A DNA stretch of 63,976 bases, counting the filler, from Choristocarpus tenellus KU-1152 (lineage: Eukaryota; Protista; Phaeophyceae): NCBI GenBank assembly GCA_964200185.2. It is 16 parts of 16 records of this genome, joined end to end, with 100 filler letters (N's around TTAATTAATTAA, not from the genome) between each part and the next. Parts side by side here need not be neighbours in the genome. Positions count along the whole stretch, not along the records: positions 11,276 to 14,692 come from CAXNAD020020175.1; positions 14,793 to 19,145 come from CAXNAD020014965.1; positions 19,246 to 22,133 come from CAXNAD020023907.1; positions 22,234 to 25,836 come from CAXNAD020019010.1; 12 more parts are not named here. One strand, 5' to 3'. Of this stretch, positions 13,590 to 25,836 are shown one piece after another. The notes beneath the pieces were generated by a model that was given only the letters and a program-made list of their open reading frames with translations, had not been told where the DNA came from and did no database searches. Position numbers and translations under genes: made by a program. The stretch's first letter is position 1. Each line of letters begins with the position of its first letter.

Positions 13590-14330
13590 TATGGGATCCG
13601 TACAAGTGCGAGAAGGTGAAGAAGATCAAGTGGTGGATTAAACGAGTCCTCTTAGGCCAGCAGAAAGTCAACAGGATGGGTTTCATCATCAGCCACAAGC
13701 ACAGGAGGGTGGGAGTGGGGTACTAGTGGACGATGTGTATGACTGGGGGCATGCGGCAAGAAGTGGATTTTCATCCTCATAGATGAGCAAGGTGTATACC
13801 TGCACCTCACTCACAACTCCCCAAACCTACACAGGCGCAGATAAGCTTTACATTACCAAGGTGATGTTCCTTGAAGCTGTGGCCTATCCTAGGAAGATGT
13901 TCAGCGGGGTATGACTTGATGGGAAATTGGGATCTGGTCAATCGTGGACAATAAAATTGCTCAGCAATCGAGCAAACAACACCCCAAGGGCACCAAGGTG
14001 CTTGTGCCAGCCATGGTGGACGGGAAGAGGCATAAGAAGCTCATTATTGAGGATGTCATCGCGGCAATCAAGGCCCGTATGGCTAGGTTGGAAGGATGCA
14101 ACATCTTCGTGCAGAAGATGGGGCAAAGTCACACCCCAAGAGGGGGATCGTGGAAGCAATTGGGGAGACAACGGGGGACAACATTGTCATACAAATCGAA
14201 CCAGCCAAATCACCTGACCTCATCATCATTGACCTGGTGTTTTTCACCTCATCCAGAAACAGAAGGCAGATGTGGGGGTGAACAACACAGAGGAGCTGGA
14301 GGAGGCCACAATGGAGGCATTTAATGTGTA
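13590..14330 (+). pseudogene. Tc1/mariner DD39D-type (plant/oomycete-like) transposase remnant
   Basis: Frameshifted motifs in the expected order: KWIF (HVDEKWF), ITKVMFLEAVAYPR, DGKLGIW, LIIEDVIAAIKARM...IFVQ, EPAKSPDLIIIDLVFF (QPPNSPDLNVLDLGFF). Confidence 0.85.
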
Positions 14331-14792
14331 CCCCCAGGAGGCAGTAGAGCGTGGTTGGGAAAACCTCCTCGCAGTCTACAGTGAAGTGTGTTGAAACCTG
14401 AGTTCTTATGTGTTGCGCTTGGTTGTGATGTGGCTAGCTTGTGGCGAAGGGTGTCATAGTGCAACAAAACACCGGTGAGTTTGTTCTGGTAGATCTGACG
14501 ACATGTTTGCTCAATCAAATGATGGTTGATGTGAAAGTGTGGTCATTCATTGAGGCGTTCAAATGAAGAAATCCATGCTCAGTGGAGAGGTTTGTCACCT
14601 TGGCTGAGAATTGTTCCTGAGGTGTTACAGGCGCCCCTCAATGCTCACCTTCCAGGATGTACAACTCAAATCCAACGACCTCAAAACGACGCNNNNNNNN
14701 NNNNNNNNNNNNNNNNNNNNNNNNNNNNNNNNNNNNTTAATTAATTAANNNNNNNNNNNNNNNNNNNNNNNNNNNNNNNNNNNNNNNNNNNN

Positions 14793-14894
14793 CCTCTAGA
14801 TACTTTGAGCCAATGCCATAAGAAAAACGAGGGAAGCCAAGCCCCAAATGGACAAATAGGGGTAAGACTCGTACCCTCTAAGATACGTTCACTC
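14793..14894. mobile_element. MITE A right end abutting or nested in a MITE B half-copy
   Basis: CCTCTAGATACTTTGAGCC is followed directly by B-internal AATGCCATAAGAAAAACGAGGGAAGCCAAGCCCCAAATGGAC...AGATACGTTCACTC. Confidence 0.65.
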
Positions 14895-15304
14895 TTTTCT
14901 TTCTTTGGCGACACCTTTACTTCTACCTCTAGAGCCCTTGATTCGCCACCCTCCTCAGCAATCTCGTCCTCTTCCTCCAGTGGTACAGGCTCCACTTTCA
15001 CAGGAATTGCAGCACATGAACTCCACTCGATTCCTCCTCCTCCTGCTCCATGGACTGTGCTTTCACTGTTGGTACTGCTATTCCAATCTTACTGCAACCC
15101 TCTTCATCGCTCTCATTGCATCGCTCCTCTTTGCCTGCATTGGTCATTACAAATCCTTCGTCAGATTCATAATTGGCCTCGTGCTCCTCTTTGTCGAGAG
15201 CAGAGTGCCTAGTGCAGGGCATTGGCAGTGACATCAGCTCCATTGTCATTGTTGCTACATGCTTAACCAGATTCCAAGGACACTTCTGTACGATAAGCGT
15301 TACA

Positions 15305-15562
15305 GAGTGAAAGTATCTTAAGGGGGACCAGTTTTTCCCTATTTTTCCGTTTGGGGCTTGGCTTCCCATCGGTTATTTATGTCATTTTCCTACTCCAAAA
15401 TATTTCGGAGTAGGTAAAATGTATACATTATGAAAAGGTGTGTCCGGAATAAGGATATTGACACTTCCTAACAAACACGATAGACAAAAATACATCAAAA
15501 TAGCAACATTGGATTTCGACTCCCAAACGGACGTGGCTCTACCCTCTAAGATACTTTGGCTC
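15305..15562 (+). mobile_element. MITE family B, full length (258 bp)
   Basis: GAGTGAAAGTATCTTAAGGGG...TACCCTCTAAGATACTTTGGCTC. Confidence 0.9.
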
Positions 15563-17199
15563 CATATCTGCCTGCCAAGATGTCCCCCCTACCACTCCGA
15601 CAAAATATGCAATCTCCAGGGCTACCTTGTCTGACCTCAGCCCCACTTGAGCCAGGAGATCATGAAGTGGTGGGCAGCCAAATGACCTGCCTTATTAACT
15701 ACAATGTGGGAACACATGTTCAGGATATGTTCCACCTACTTTGTATTTTGTATTTTGTATTTTGTTTGTCGAGGATCGTATCAAATACCATATGAAAGGT
15801 CTCTCCCTTTTGACCTAGAATTGTGCCTGACAATGCTGGCCTTGAACTGTCCAACAACGTCCCACTTCCAACAACATACCTGGTCTACTCTTCGCAAAAA
15901 ATACGATATTGACCACCCCCCACTCTGATTCGACCTGCAGGGGGATCTAATTCGATCAAGTGCACGACACATCATCATGAGGAGGGGGGCATTTATATCG
16001 AGTGTACCAGTCTTCAGAATGTTCTTTCCAATATACTACTAAGATGGTATCACCAGCAGCTTCGCCCTATGTGGCAATCGAGTTTTTTTTCACCAGAAGG
16101 CCACATCAGTCATACAACATTGTATATATCAATGAGAGGGTATGACAAGAGCTTTTGAAGGTTTGTATCCACGAATGCCCAGACTTTGGGGAACGGGACT
16201 TATGTCCCGATCAAATAATGGGAAAAATGCGGGGGAACATCTCCAATGCAGATTTGAAGGTGAAGACTTCAAAACGGACAAAAATGAAATGATCGGGCGA
16301 ACTCCTTCCAAAAACCTGGTCCGGCGTAGGTCGCTGCCCAAGTTTGGCCTACGGCGATACCGAAAAAATAAAAATTTTCCAACATCTTTTTAATGCCTTT
16401 GCAGACACACACGCATGACTCACACAGCAACATGAACCACGACGGTGAAACAAGGAGAGCCGCCGAGGCCACTCTTCCCCCTGGATCTACCTTCGACACC
16501 TTCTCTCTCCAGAGGCGACGGAAAAGCAAGTACCATGTGACACTCGGTGCAATGTCAGGTGACGAGAAAGGGCAAGTAGTGTGGCACAGCAGCATAATCA
16601 AATCGTACAATGGATCACGGGGCCGCAGCGCTGATGCTGAGAGAAGATGCATGGAAAGCATTTCCACACAAACGTGGTTCGATCTTCAACCACATTGGAA
16701 CACTGCTCTGCATCTCTGCTGCCTTGAGCCTCATGAAGCAGGAAGAGAGCGGCGAGTCCATCACCAGGTGGTACAGTGACAAAGTCTGTGGGGAAGCGTG
16801 GTCACGGCAGGCGAAGGGAGAACCGGGGTGGCCAGTGGAAGGGAAGATTGGGAAAGAGAGCAGTGCAACTGCGTGCCATTGCGCTCAGGAAACGCCTAAG
16901 CGAAAACCCAGTTTTAGAATATCTTAATAGTCGACAGTTGCATCAGGCCCTGGCTGTTTGGAAGCTATGTGAGTCGGAGTGGGTTAAGGAAATGTGAAAG
17001 GTGTTAAGGTTGGGCTAAAAGGACTCTGAAGCCCGAAAGAAGGTCGAAAAGGCTCGCAAGGCGGAGGAGAAAGCGATCGTAACAAAGGCAGCCATGGAGA
17101 CTTTTCGATACCTCCAAATCCTTTACTTAGAAGAGGTCGCGAAGCAGGTGGAGGTAGCCATCAACGAGGACGCCAGGCAAGAAGAGGAGGTGAGATTGA

Positions 17200-17480
17200 G
17201 ACTGTTTGCACACCAATGGTTTGGTGTCTCCCACTTCTTGCAAGATGCCGTGCATTCACTTTTGTTGCTGGACTTGGGGTTGGATGTATAAAGTTGATTA
17301 ATCCTTTCTCCCAGTCTACATTCATTCGAGAAATCAACAGAGTAGGAAGGGTGGGGAAGTTTTTTCAAGTGTAAGCCCTAAACTTCAATCAAGTAATAGT
17401 GCATCTGTTGCAACTCCTGGTGGCGTACAATCCAATATGACCAATCTGTCTTCATAAAAGAAAAAAATGGCGAAAGAGCA
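17200..17480 (-). pseudogene. Possible Tc1-like transposase C-terminal remnant
   Basis: KKLPHPSYSVDF...CKKWE resembles the Tc1 HPPYSPDL...W segment. This rests on a single motif. Confidence 0.35.
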
Positions 17481-17609
17481 ACAACGAAGCCCATACTCTG
17501 GAGGGCCTTGTGAAGGGCATCACGAATATCCTTTTATATTTTTTTATCCGCTGTCTCCATCAATCATTATGATGGGACAACCTCAGACGGCGAAGGTACT
17601 GGTACGACT

Positions 17610-18112
17610 ATATATATATGTATCATTATGCCCTCGGATATTTTGGAAATATATCAGGGGGTAAACCAATGAAAACTATGCACATTGTCAGTACAAACCC
17701 TGAAGAAATATAATGTCATAAGTGCAAAAAACCTTAATATTTTTGTTACTTCACCATTTTGTTGTACTACTGCCCTCCTGTGTTTCCAATCTACCTATAC
17801 TTGCGGCCCGGGAGGAGCTAGGGAGGCATCCCAAGAATACAATAAATCCCTCCGTGTCCATCTCCCTGGTTATCCCAGATAAAAACGCATGACACATCTA
17901 GACAGTGCCACTTGTTGTGTAGTTACCGATACAATTTGGCGTAGTCGGGATTTAACTACTCCTTTCCTGCTGTATCCTCCAGTTCCTCTCCCCCCTACAA
18001 TCTGAGTAGCCAGCTTATCCAGGATCCATTCCGCTTGGTTGCCGAGGCGCCCAAAATATTCCACCGCGAAGGTGTTAAGGTTAATAACCAGTATATCGTA
18101 CGTATCCATCAT
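17610..18112 (-). mobile_element. 3' end of an RLE-type (CRE/NeSL-like) non-LTR retrotransposon: ORF C-terminus, 3'UTR, stem-loop and tail
   Basis: FAVEYFGRLGNQAEWILDKLATQIVGGR...RKGVVKSRLRQIVSVTTQ carries the restriction-like endonuclease E-x-x-G-x-L-G motif. It is followed by the dispersed terminal repeat TAGTTTTCATTGGTTT.CCC.TGA...GAGGGCATAAT. Confidence 0.8.
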
Positions 18113-18906
18113 GTTTATAACAATTAAAAAAATTATATCAAAATATAGTCGATCTCAACAGGAATGGAAACTGGATCTCTCACGTGTCAAGGGTACATGG
18201 TAACCACTATGTCAACTGTGATACATAATATTCTTTTAAATACTCCCACTTCATGCGATTTTCATCACTCTACATTTCTTGACACTAATTTCATGATTCC
18301 ATTTTACTTCATTCTTATTTCCATTTTGTTTTTCATCTCATCTCTTTTTTTTGTCCATTTTTTTTCACACTGGTCTATGACAAACTCAGCGTAATATGAA
18401 GGCAATAAGAATAATAATCATAAGTGAAACCATTTTTGGTCATTGCCTTTTGATGTAATAAAGACTCTTTGGGGTATGTGTTATCATTTACGGCCTGATA
18501 TGCTTGGAGTTTATCTTCCTCCAAGAAAGAGTTCTTACAAAGTGTCATCAACATCTACATGATGACTTGTGTTATCCACTCACTCATACATGTAACCCTA
18601 ACCCCCATTATAATTTGATGAGTCTGCAAACAGTTGGTGATACAGAGTATAGAAGTGTAGTACATATCAATCTCACAGTACTATCTACAATCTGTCTGTG
18701 CCTAACATCTCAGGGCAAATGCAGTCAAAACACTCAATTTTCTTCCTGTGAAGCAACAGTACGTGGGCAAAATATGTAGCATCAGTCCACTCTCTTAACC
18801 CATTGCCTCCAACTCGAGAAAATATTGCGTCAATGAAACACTTATTTGGAGGGTAAGAGGACTATTCTGAGTCAAATCAACTGAGAGGCAGGCAGGGTTG
18901 CGTTTT

Positions 18907-19145
18907 GAGTGAAAGTATCTTTGAGGGTAAGATTTTTGCCCTGTTTGTCGGTTTGGGGCTTGACTTCCCTCGGGCTTTTTATGACATTTTACCTACTCGG
19001 AAATGTTTCGGAGTAGGTAAAAGGTATACATTATGACAAGGGGTGTCCGAACAAGGATATTGACACTTCTTAACAAAAACGATAGCCGAAATTACATCAA
19101 AATCGCAACATTGGATTTTGGCCCCCAAATGGACGCGGCACTACC
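18907..19145 (+). mobile_element. MITE family B, truncated by contig end
   Basis: GAGTGAAAGTATCTTTGAGGGTA...CCCCAAATGGACGCGGCACTACC. Confidence 0.9.
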
Positions 19146-19517
19146 NNNNNNNNNNNNNNNNNNNNNNNNNNNNNNNNNNNNNNNNNNNNTTAATTAATTA
19201 ANNNNNNNNNNNNNNNNNNNNNNNNNNNNNNNNNNNNNNNNNNNNTGTCCGATACGCCGATCTGCATTTATCTATTTTCTCATGCAAGTTGTTGGACTTG
19301 TAATACATCGCAAGAGAAGAACAGGGAGAGGGAGAATAAGGCCACAACAGCCCAGGGCTAAAATATAGTAAAAAAAAATCTTGCATCACAGAAAATAAAA
19401 TAAAACATCAGGTTTTAAAATTTGCTGCTCATTCGTTGTACCCCTCCTCCCCCTGCCACCGCGCGGAGTTCTGCACGTAACCCGAAGCAATAATGGGCGC
19501 TGACTCTCGTAAGCATG

Positions 19518-20715
19518 TTACCGGGAATTCAAGAGACACACGAACAACCTGCGCCCATCTGATGCCGATCCGTTGTTGCTCTCAACTTCTGCGCCGTCGC
19601 CATCACTGCCCCGCCTGCTGTGAACCTGCTGGAGGTTGACCTGATTGAGTACATCCTGGTATTTACCATCCCAGGTGGTGAGGTAAGTGCGTAGAGTCAA
19701 GTCCTTCTCGAGAATCTAGTAGTGGAGACGTCGGAGGATGTCGTCGAGGAGAGGAGGGGACGATGGTGACGTCAATAATGTGATGGTGTAATGGAAGTAT
19801 GATAGCATGGGGGAGCGAACAGAGCAAACGATATGGTTGACGTGGTGAACGTGTTTAATGGAGGCAGCTTGCGGGGCGAAATAGTTTGAAATAAGTCCAT
19901 GTCGAGGGCGCCAATCCATATGTAGGTTTTTTCAGTGACGTGTATTGGAGGCAGAAGCGAGGTGGAGATTGACCGAGATCGTTGTGTACAGTTGAAGGAA
20001 ACGATTTGCTATTCCCACTATTAGCGACGAAAGACTAGAACTGACAAAACAGCACAGTTTGTAGTATGGAAGGTAACTCTGTCGCTCATGGTGATGACGA
20101 AGACCCACCACCAATCCTACCAAGCATCAACTATTTTTTTCGGTACAAGCCATTTTAGCTGTAATTACGAACACAGGAGGCACACTCACGGCTCTGATCT
20201 GTTGCAGAGGTTTCATTCCGACTATCGTGGAGATGTTTGCCCTCAGTTGGCGGACGGGCCCCGCCTGTTGGTCGCCAGATAAAACCTTCTGCAGAAGTTG
20301 GGCCACCTCCCTCTTCCTCTCCTCGTAGTTGGGCTTGACCCAGAGGTCGTGCATACTGCACTTCTCGTATGCAAGACTGTCCATTTCCCTGGCAGCCTGT
20401 GCATCATTCACGTAACGCCCGGAATTCAGGGCGGTTTTGCAACAATCAATAAGTGCGGTGCAGAAAAAGACGCTGACAGTGTATTTACAATTCAGGGGCG
20501 CATGGCGACGTATGGGTGCGCAGGAGATACGGAAAAGGCAAAAAAAGATAACCGCTGCAACTGCACTATTTACCAACCTTTGGAGCTCTGGAGTTCACTT
20601 CTCCTTGGGCACAATCTGCCTGGTGTGCGAGATAAGCATCTCAGACATGTGCGCGTCCGATTCGATGTCCTTGTGGTCCCTCGCTGTAGGAGCCTTTCCG
20701 TAGAACGACTTGTAC
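19518..20715 (-). pseudogene. Unknown spliced gene or pseudogene; exons 20574-20715 (in-frame TGA at 20595-20597), 20286-20396, and one starting at 19715
   Basis: Phase-compatible AG/GT exons give YKSFYGKAPTARDHKDIESDAHMSEMLISHTRQIVPKEK*TPELQRL|AAREMDSLAYEKCSMHDLWVKPNYEERKREVAQLLQK|ILEKDLTLRTYLTTWDGKYQDVLNQVNLQQ. No family recognised. Confidence 0.45.
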
Positions 20716-21944
20716 CTGCTAAAATAGAATTGCCACGAAGGACGTCAAGGAGAATGATGCGCAGGTTATGAAGAGGAAAGGGTCGCCACTGCAGCAAATA
20801 TTCATCACTCAATTGTCGTACTTCCTAAAAGACAAGAGCGCACATACACAGGAAACACACACTGTAGAATTACCAGAATACTACGAAGGGATTTTCGTTC
20901 GACACAACAATGACCGACTTCATTCTTCATCGTAGGAGACACTTATTTCACGCTCCTGTGCAATGTGCTGCGACCTGCATAAACCGCGATTACTGCTGTC
21001 TACACGATAAAACACAGTGGCGTTTTGACTTGCCTAGCAATCAGGTGGATGCATAGCCCCTGCTTGAGAGAAGTGAAGCCGGCAAACTCCTCGCTCATCA
21101 GATAGTTTAGTGTGACTGCATTGCGGTCAATCTGTGGTGACGAGGTCTCACACACTTCCTTCAGTACCTCGAAGGACTCTGGTTGACGGGACTTTACGCC
21201 TTGCTGCCAGTTTCGTAGAGTTGTTTTCAACGGGGCAGTAACGCCCACCTTCGCGATGGGCAGAAAACGGAAAATATTATGCACCCATTCAGCGAGGATG
21301 AGGCATCGTTATTACCACACCAACGCGATATGTGTGTGTGTAGGGGGGGGGGGGGGTCGGCAACACCGTCGATAATACAATCAAGAAATAATTTTTATTG
21401 CACGTCTGTGGTTAACCACACATACATACTACATGGTCACCCGAAAATCAATAAGTTGGTTGACAGGGTATCTAAACGCGGGATATCTATCCTAACTTAG
21501 GTTGAATAGCAGGACACAGAGATATCTCGCAACAGCTGTAACCCAACTAGAGGAGGAGTAGAGCGCGACCATCCCACCAATGTCGACCACTCTCTTACCT
21601 TTTGGTACATTCAACGGATCTCTGCTAGTGACACTTCTTTTTTCTTCGTCTGTCGTTTGATAGCTTCTTGGAGCTCGTGCTGAAAATATATCTTGTCGTA
21701 TAACGTGTGCTCAACCACACTCTCAGTTGCGTCGTTGAATGCTATAAGCATGGCGGTGCAGTGGGCGAACGGGACGAGGGTTAGGTGGGGAGCGGTCGCG
21801 GGACACACGCGGCCTGCGGCACCGAGAAACATTTGCTGTTGACAGGAATACCACGAGGGATAAAAAAGATGAGCAACGAAAAGATCCACAATGGGCTGAC
21901 TGACCATGAACATAGCAAGAGAAACTCGGCAACAACTTCGTATA

Positions 21945-22133
21945 TCAGAATAGTCATCAGGCGATCATGGAACAACGAATACACTCAACTTACTTCGGTG
22001 CTTAGTTGATCAGAATGGTTAGGCGATCATGGAGCAACGTCATGATTATCAACTTACTTTGTTGCTTACTTGATGGTAATAGTCATCAGGCGAACATGGA
22101 TCAACGAGAACACTCAACTTACTTTATTGCTTA
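21945..22133. repeat. ~65-bp degenerate minisatellite (3 or more units, cut by contig end)
   Basis: AGGCGA(T/A)CATGGA.CAACG...TCAACTTACTT...TGCTTA starts at 21959, 22021 and 22088. Confidence 0.85.
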
Positions 22134-23052
22134 NNNNNNNNNNNNNNNNNNNNNNNNNNNNNNNNNNNNNNNNNNNNTTAATTAATTAANNNNNNNNNNN
22201 NNNNNNNNNNNNNNNNNNNNNNNNNNNNNNNNNCCCCACCCCTGGCACCTCCCCCTCCTCCACCACTGCCTTGTCGTCGCTCATCCCCATCGCTGTCCGA
22301 GTCCTGATGGGAAGGTCAATGCAATCAGGGCAAAAGCAGTCGGTATATAGTTCAGAACCTACCCTGGTAAAAAAAAAACTTCCTGGTGAAAGTTGACAGG
22401 TGCATCAATGACACTTGGGCATGAAACAGCTGACCTTTTGCTCCTGACAGGGGAAGTTTGTAGGGGCTGATCTGGTCCACATAAATGAGAGCACGTCATG
22501 TGAAAAGGAACTTGGGGCATGAATGTAAGTACTGTAGGATATCAAGGAATGTTACAACATAGCTCAAGAATAACCACACCCTGAACACACAATCGAAAGC
22601 ACTTTCACCACATTAAGCAAATAATCTTTTGAATTCCCCACCCCAAGTTTAAGGTATATCAAGACTACGCACAGAGTCCCCGGAGCTGTCACCACCATGT
22701 CTTCCTCCCTCGGCAACCCTTAGTCTTGGCTGCTGGTGATGCAACCACTGCAACGGAGATGCATGAAACCGTGCAGATGTCACCGATGGCTGTGGTGGCA
22801 ATGCCTGCGACATCAGTCACCACCACAAACAGTCATAAAAACAAAAGTAGGAAAAGCATTGCATTTTTTTATTTGAGAAAGAAAATAGGGGGAGCCTGGA
22901 GGGAGGGAATATTGTAGACCGAAGCAAGACTACTCTACCTCTAGTCATACACAAACTGGCAACCATAAGCACCAACCAAATCCCATTACCAATACAGCAT
23001 TCAACCTCTATTTTCTCAAACTACCCTTTCACAGAAGTCCATGTGACCGTAC

Positions 23053-25836
23053 CTGCAATGCCCGACGCACTCCACAGTGGTCTGAAATGACGAGATGCAC
23101 AAGCGCCTGCAACACTGCACGCCTGCCCATATTGGGACCCACAGGGAGAGGTGAAAGAAAGCAAACAGGTAGCAAGGGGAGAGAAGGGTGGAGGGAATCA
23201 TTAAGATTTATCTCGAAAAATGGCTGTGCTCAGCATTACTAGTGCACACATGAAGCTTGATTGAAGTAGGACATACAGGTCATCGAGAAAGGGGAGGGTT
23301 ATGATGCTGTCTGGCTACGACAATGAGGGAATGATGCAATATTCATGCTTCCTGTGATAATACATAGGCTTCACAACACAAGGTGAAATCCCCCCTGCTG
23401 TTTTACCTCAAGGGGTTGCCATTAGTCTCTAAGCATATTACAACTTCCTATCAAAATCAACTCTTTGGCGAAAAATTCCTGGATATTCACCACTACTCCA
23501 CAACTGTTCAATACAAAACATCTTCCTTGTGTGACTCCCTCCCTCCCTTCCCCCCAACCAATCTACATGCCTGCAACAAGACACACCTGCCAAGAGGGTG
23601 ACTGGTGCAGAGGTTTTGAACCAACCGCTGAAGTAGTCGAGGCCTTACAGGGTTCAGGAGGTGAAGCAATCGGATAAGCACCACCAAGACTTCACGCATC
23701 ACCTAGAGCAAGATAAATAGTAAAACAAAGGAGCATGGGGTTGAGGGAAAGGATTGAATAGGGAGGGATGGTAGCATGACTGAACACTATGAAAATGCCA
23801 TCACTAATGCTGATGCTGATGCAGAACCTGGAATTAAAAGCAAAGGTAAACTACAAACTGATGTGGGTTACTTCAAGTAAAAAGCACAAATACTTGAAAC
23901 CAATGCACAGAAACAAGCAGAAGCAAAATCACCCATGCGTACACATGCACCAAAAAAGGCTCGGATACAAGAGGATAAGCCCATGATGACTGTACGGCAG
24001 ACATCCCCATCCCCCGAAAATCAAGTATCTAGGCATGCATCAAATACAAGCCCACCTGTGGAGGGGTCAGTGCAGCTGCACCCTTGGGGTCAGCTTCCAC
24101 TTTCCACTCTCCCTCATGGGGGTACTGGACTTCCACTGCTGCAGCAGATGCACCATCCGCACCACCTAGCATTTGTTGATGGAACAGGATATGGAAGTAA
24201 AAAAGAAAATAGTATAAATCTTTAACTAAAAACATGGCATGATGACCTCAGGATTTCCTCACGCCTTGCATTGTCAGAGTTTAACTACACAACAGCGATG
24301 AATTCTTCACACTATCATTGCACTGCGTACTACTGATAAAGTTTTACAGTGTTTTCCAGTTTGAGAGCTACACACACAATATCACAACTCATTTTTGTGC
24401 ATTTTTGCTCAAGCAGGAGGTGCGTGAGCATCTTTTTCACAACTTGTACACACCCTGACAATCAAACTCACACCAACATCAACACTCCTTTTCTTCACAC
24501 AGAATAATAGGCCACTCTCCAGTACCCCAGTGGCATTTTTTCCCTCACATGTATCCTTCTGACCCTCCTTTCCTTACAGTTCCATCAAAATATAATAACA
24601 CTGAATAAAAAGAAGAAGCAGAAAAGTACCTGCTGAGGATCGCCCTCCCCTGTGTTGTGATCTGCCACTCCCCGCTCCTGCACCACCTGCCCCCCCACTT
24701 GCTACAGACTGATACTCCACCTGAAGCAAACCCCCCAGAATGTATCATGTCATAATTGATTCCCATAGCAGGGCAAAGGGCAATAGCAGAGGGTAGGATG
24801 AAAGCAAAAAACTTGTATCAAGCAGTCTTTTCAGTACCACAACCGAGCAAATTTTAGCATGCACACACATCATCAAAGAAGACAAAAATACATCTAACTC
24901 TTCTTCTTTATCCCTCCCCCCCCTAGCCACATTCGGAATAAAGAAGTGATGCACAAACCTGTTGTGGGTTTCTCTCCCGCAGCATCATGGCTTCTGCCAC
25001 CAGGTTTGGTGGCAGAGTGTTTAGCAGTTGATCATTAGCAGTGAGAAGTATTTCCCTCCTCAGGTCTGCAGGAAGAGTAGCCACAAAGGAGGCATTGTCC
25101 ATGTCCTCTGCACGAGAGGGGTCAGCTGGCTCTGAACCTTCCTCGCGGAGGCGTCTATTCCGCGCCTCCTGTTACAGATATTATATTGATCAGAATATCC
25201 AGGCCAAGATCAGGGGAATATACTTGCGAAAAAAAATCATTTGGGCTAACACAGTGTGTAGCAGAGGGAGGATATTCATATCTATATTTCCATTCAAAGA
25301 AGGATGCATTACCTTCAAACAACATGGGTGCACTTGCCTGTTGTAGCACCTCCTGTCTCATGTCTGGGGGTAGAGCGGCAAGTGCCTCAGGGTCAAGCCC
25401 AGCAACCTCCAGCAGCTGGGCTTGCTCCTCCTGCGGCATGGGACAGGTGAAATCACAGTGAACAGACTTGGTACATCATGGAGAAGTGAAAGTGCTGCGC
25501 GGAGGACAGGGGCATGGAGGCCACATGCTTGCTAGGGTTTATGCAGTTAGGTGGAGAGGATTGAGGCAATGACTAGAATACAAAGGATCTTCACAGCAAC
25601 GTTTTTGAGTACTATATAAACTACCACCCCCTCATGCCGAACCTTCATTCCTATTTCTCCCATCTTACCGAGGATCCCATGGTCTCCTGATGTTCTCGAA
25701 CCACCTCCTCCTGCATCTCCGGTGGTAGTTGAGCAAATACATCAGGGTCCATTCCAGGGGGACATACAAGGCCCCCTGCCCCCTCTCCCCCTTCTTCTGT
25801 GTCATCATTATCCCCTCCCTTGGCCTCCTCCTCCCC
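23053..25836 (-). CDS. HUWE1: HUWE1/UPL1/TOM1-type HECT E3 ubiquitin ligase, UBM (DUF4414) region; exons 25669->25836, 25338-25430, 24959-25168, 24630-24720, 24056-24165, 23587-23702, 23053-23122
   Basis: Three ubiquitin-binding motifs: GMDPDVFAQLPPEMQEEV, GLDPEALAALPPDMRQEVL and DMDNASFVATLPADLRREILLTANDQLLNTLPPNLVAEAMMLRER. These are followed by LIRLLHLLNPVRPRLLQRLVQNLC. All seven exons are phase-compatible and one donor is GC. The HECT domain itself is not in the contig. Confidence 0.88.

Noticed and set aside
16393-16927. ORFs resembling a mariner N-terminal region
   Set aside because: No catalytic motif, and the similarity is impressionistic.
21945-22133. CRISPR-like repeat-spacer array
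   Set aside because: The variable parts are only ~8-20 bp and resemble each other, there are no cas genes, and the context is eukaryotic.
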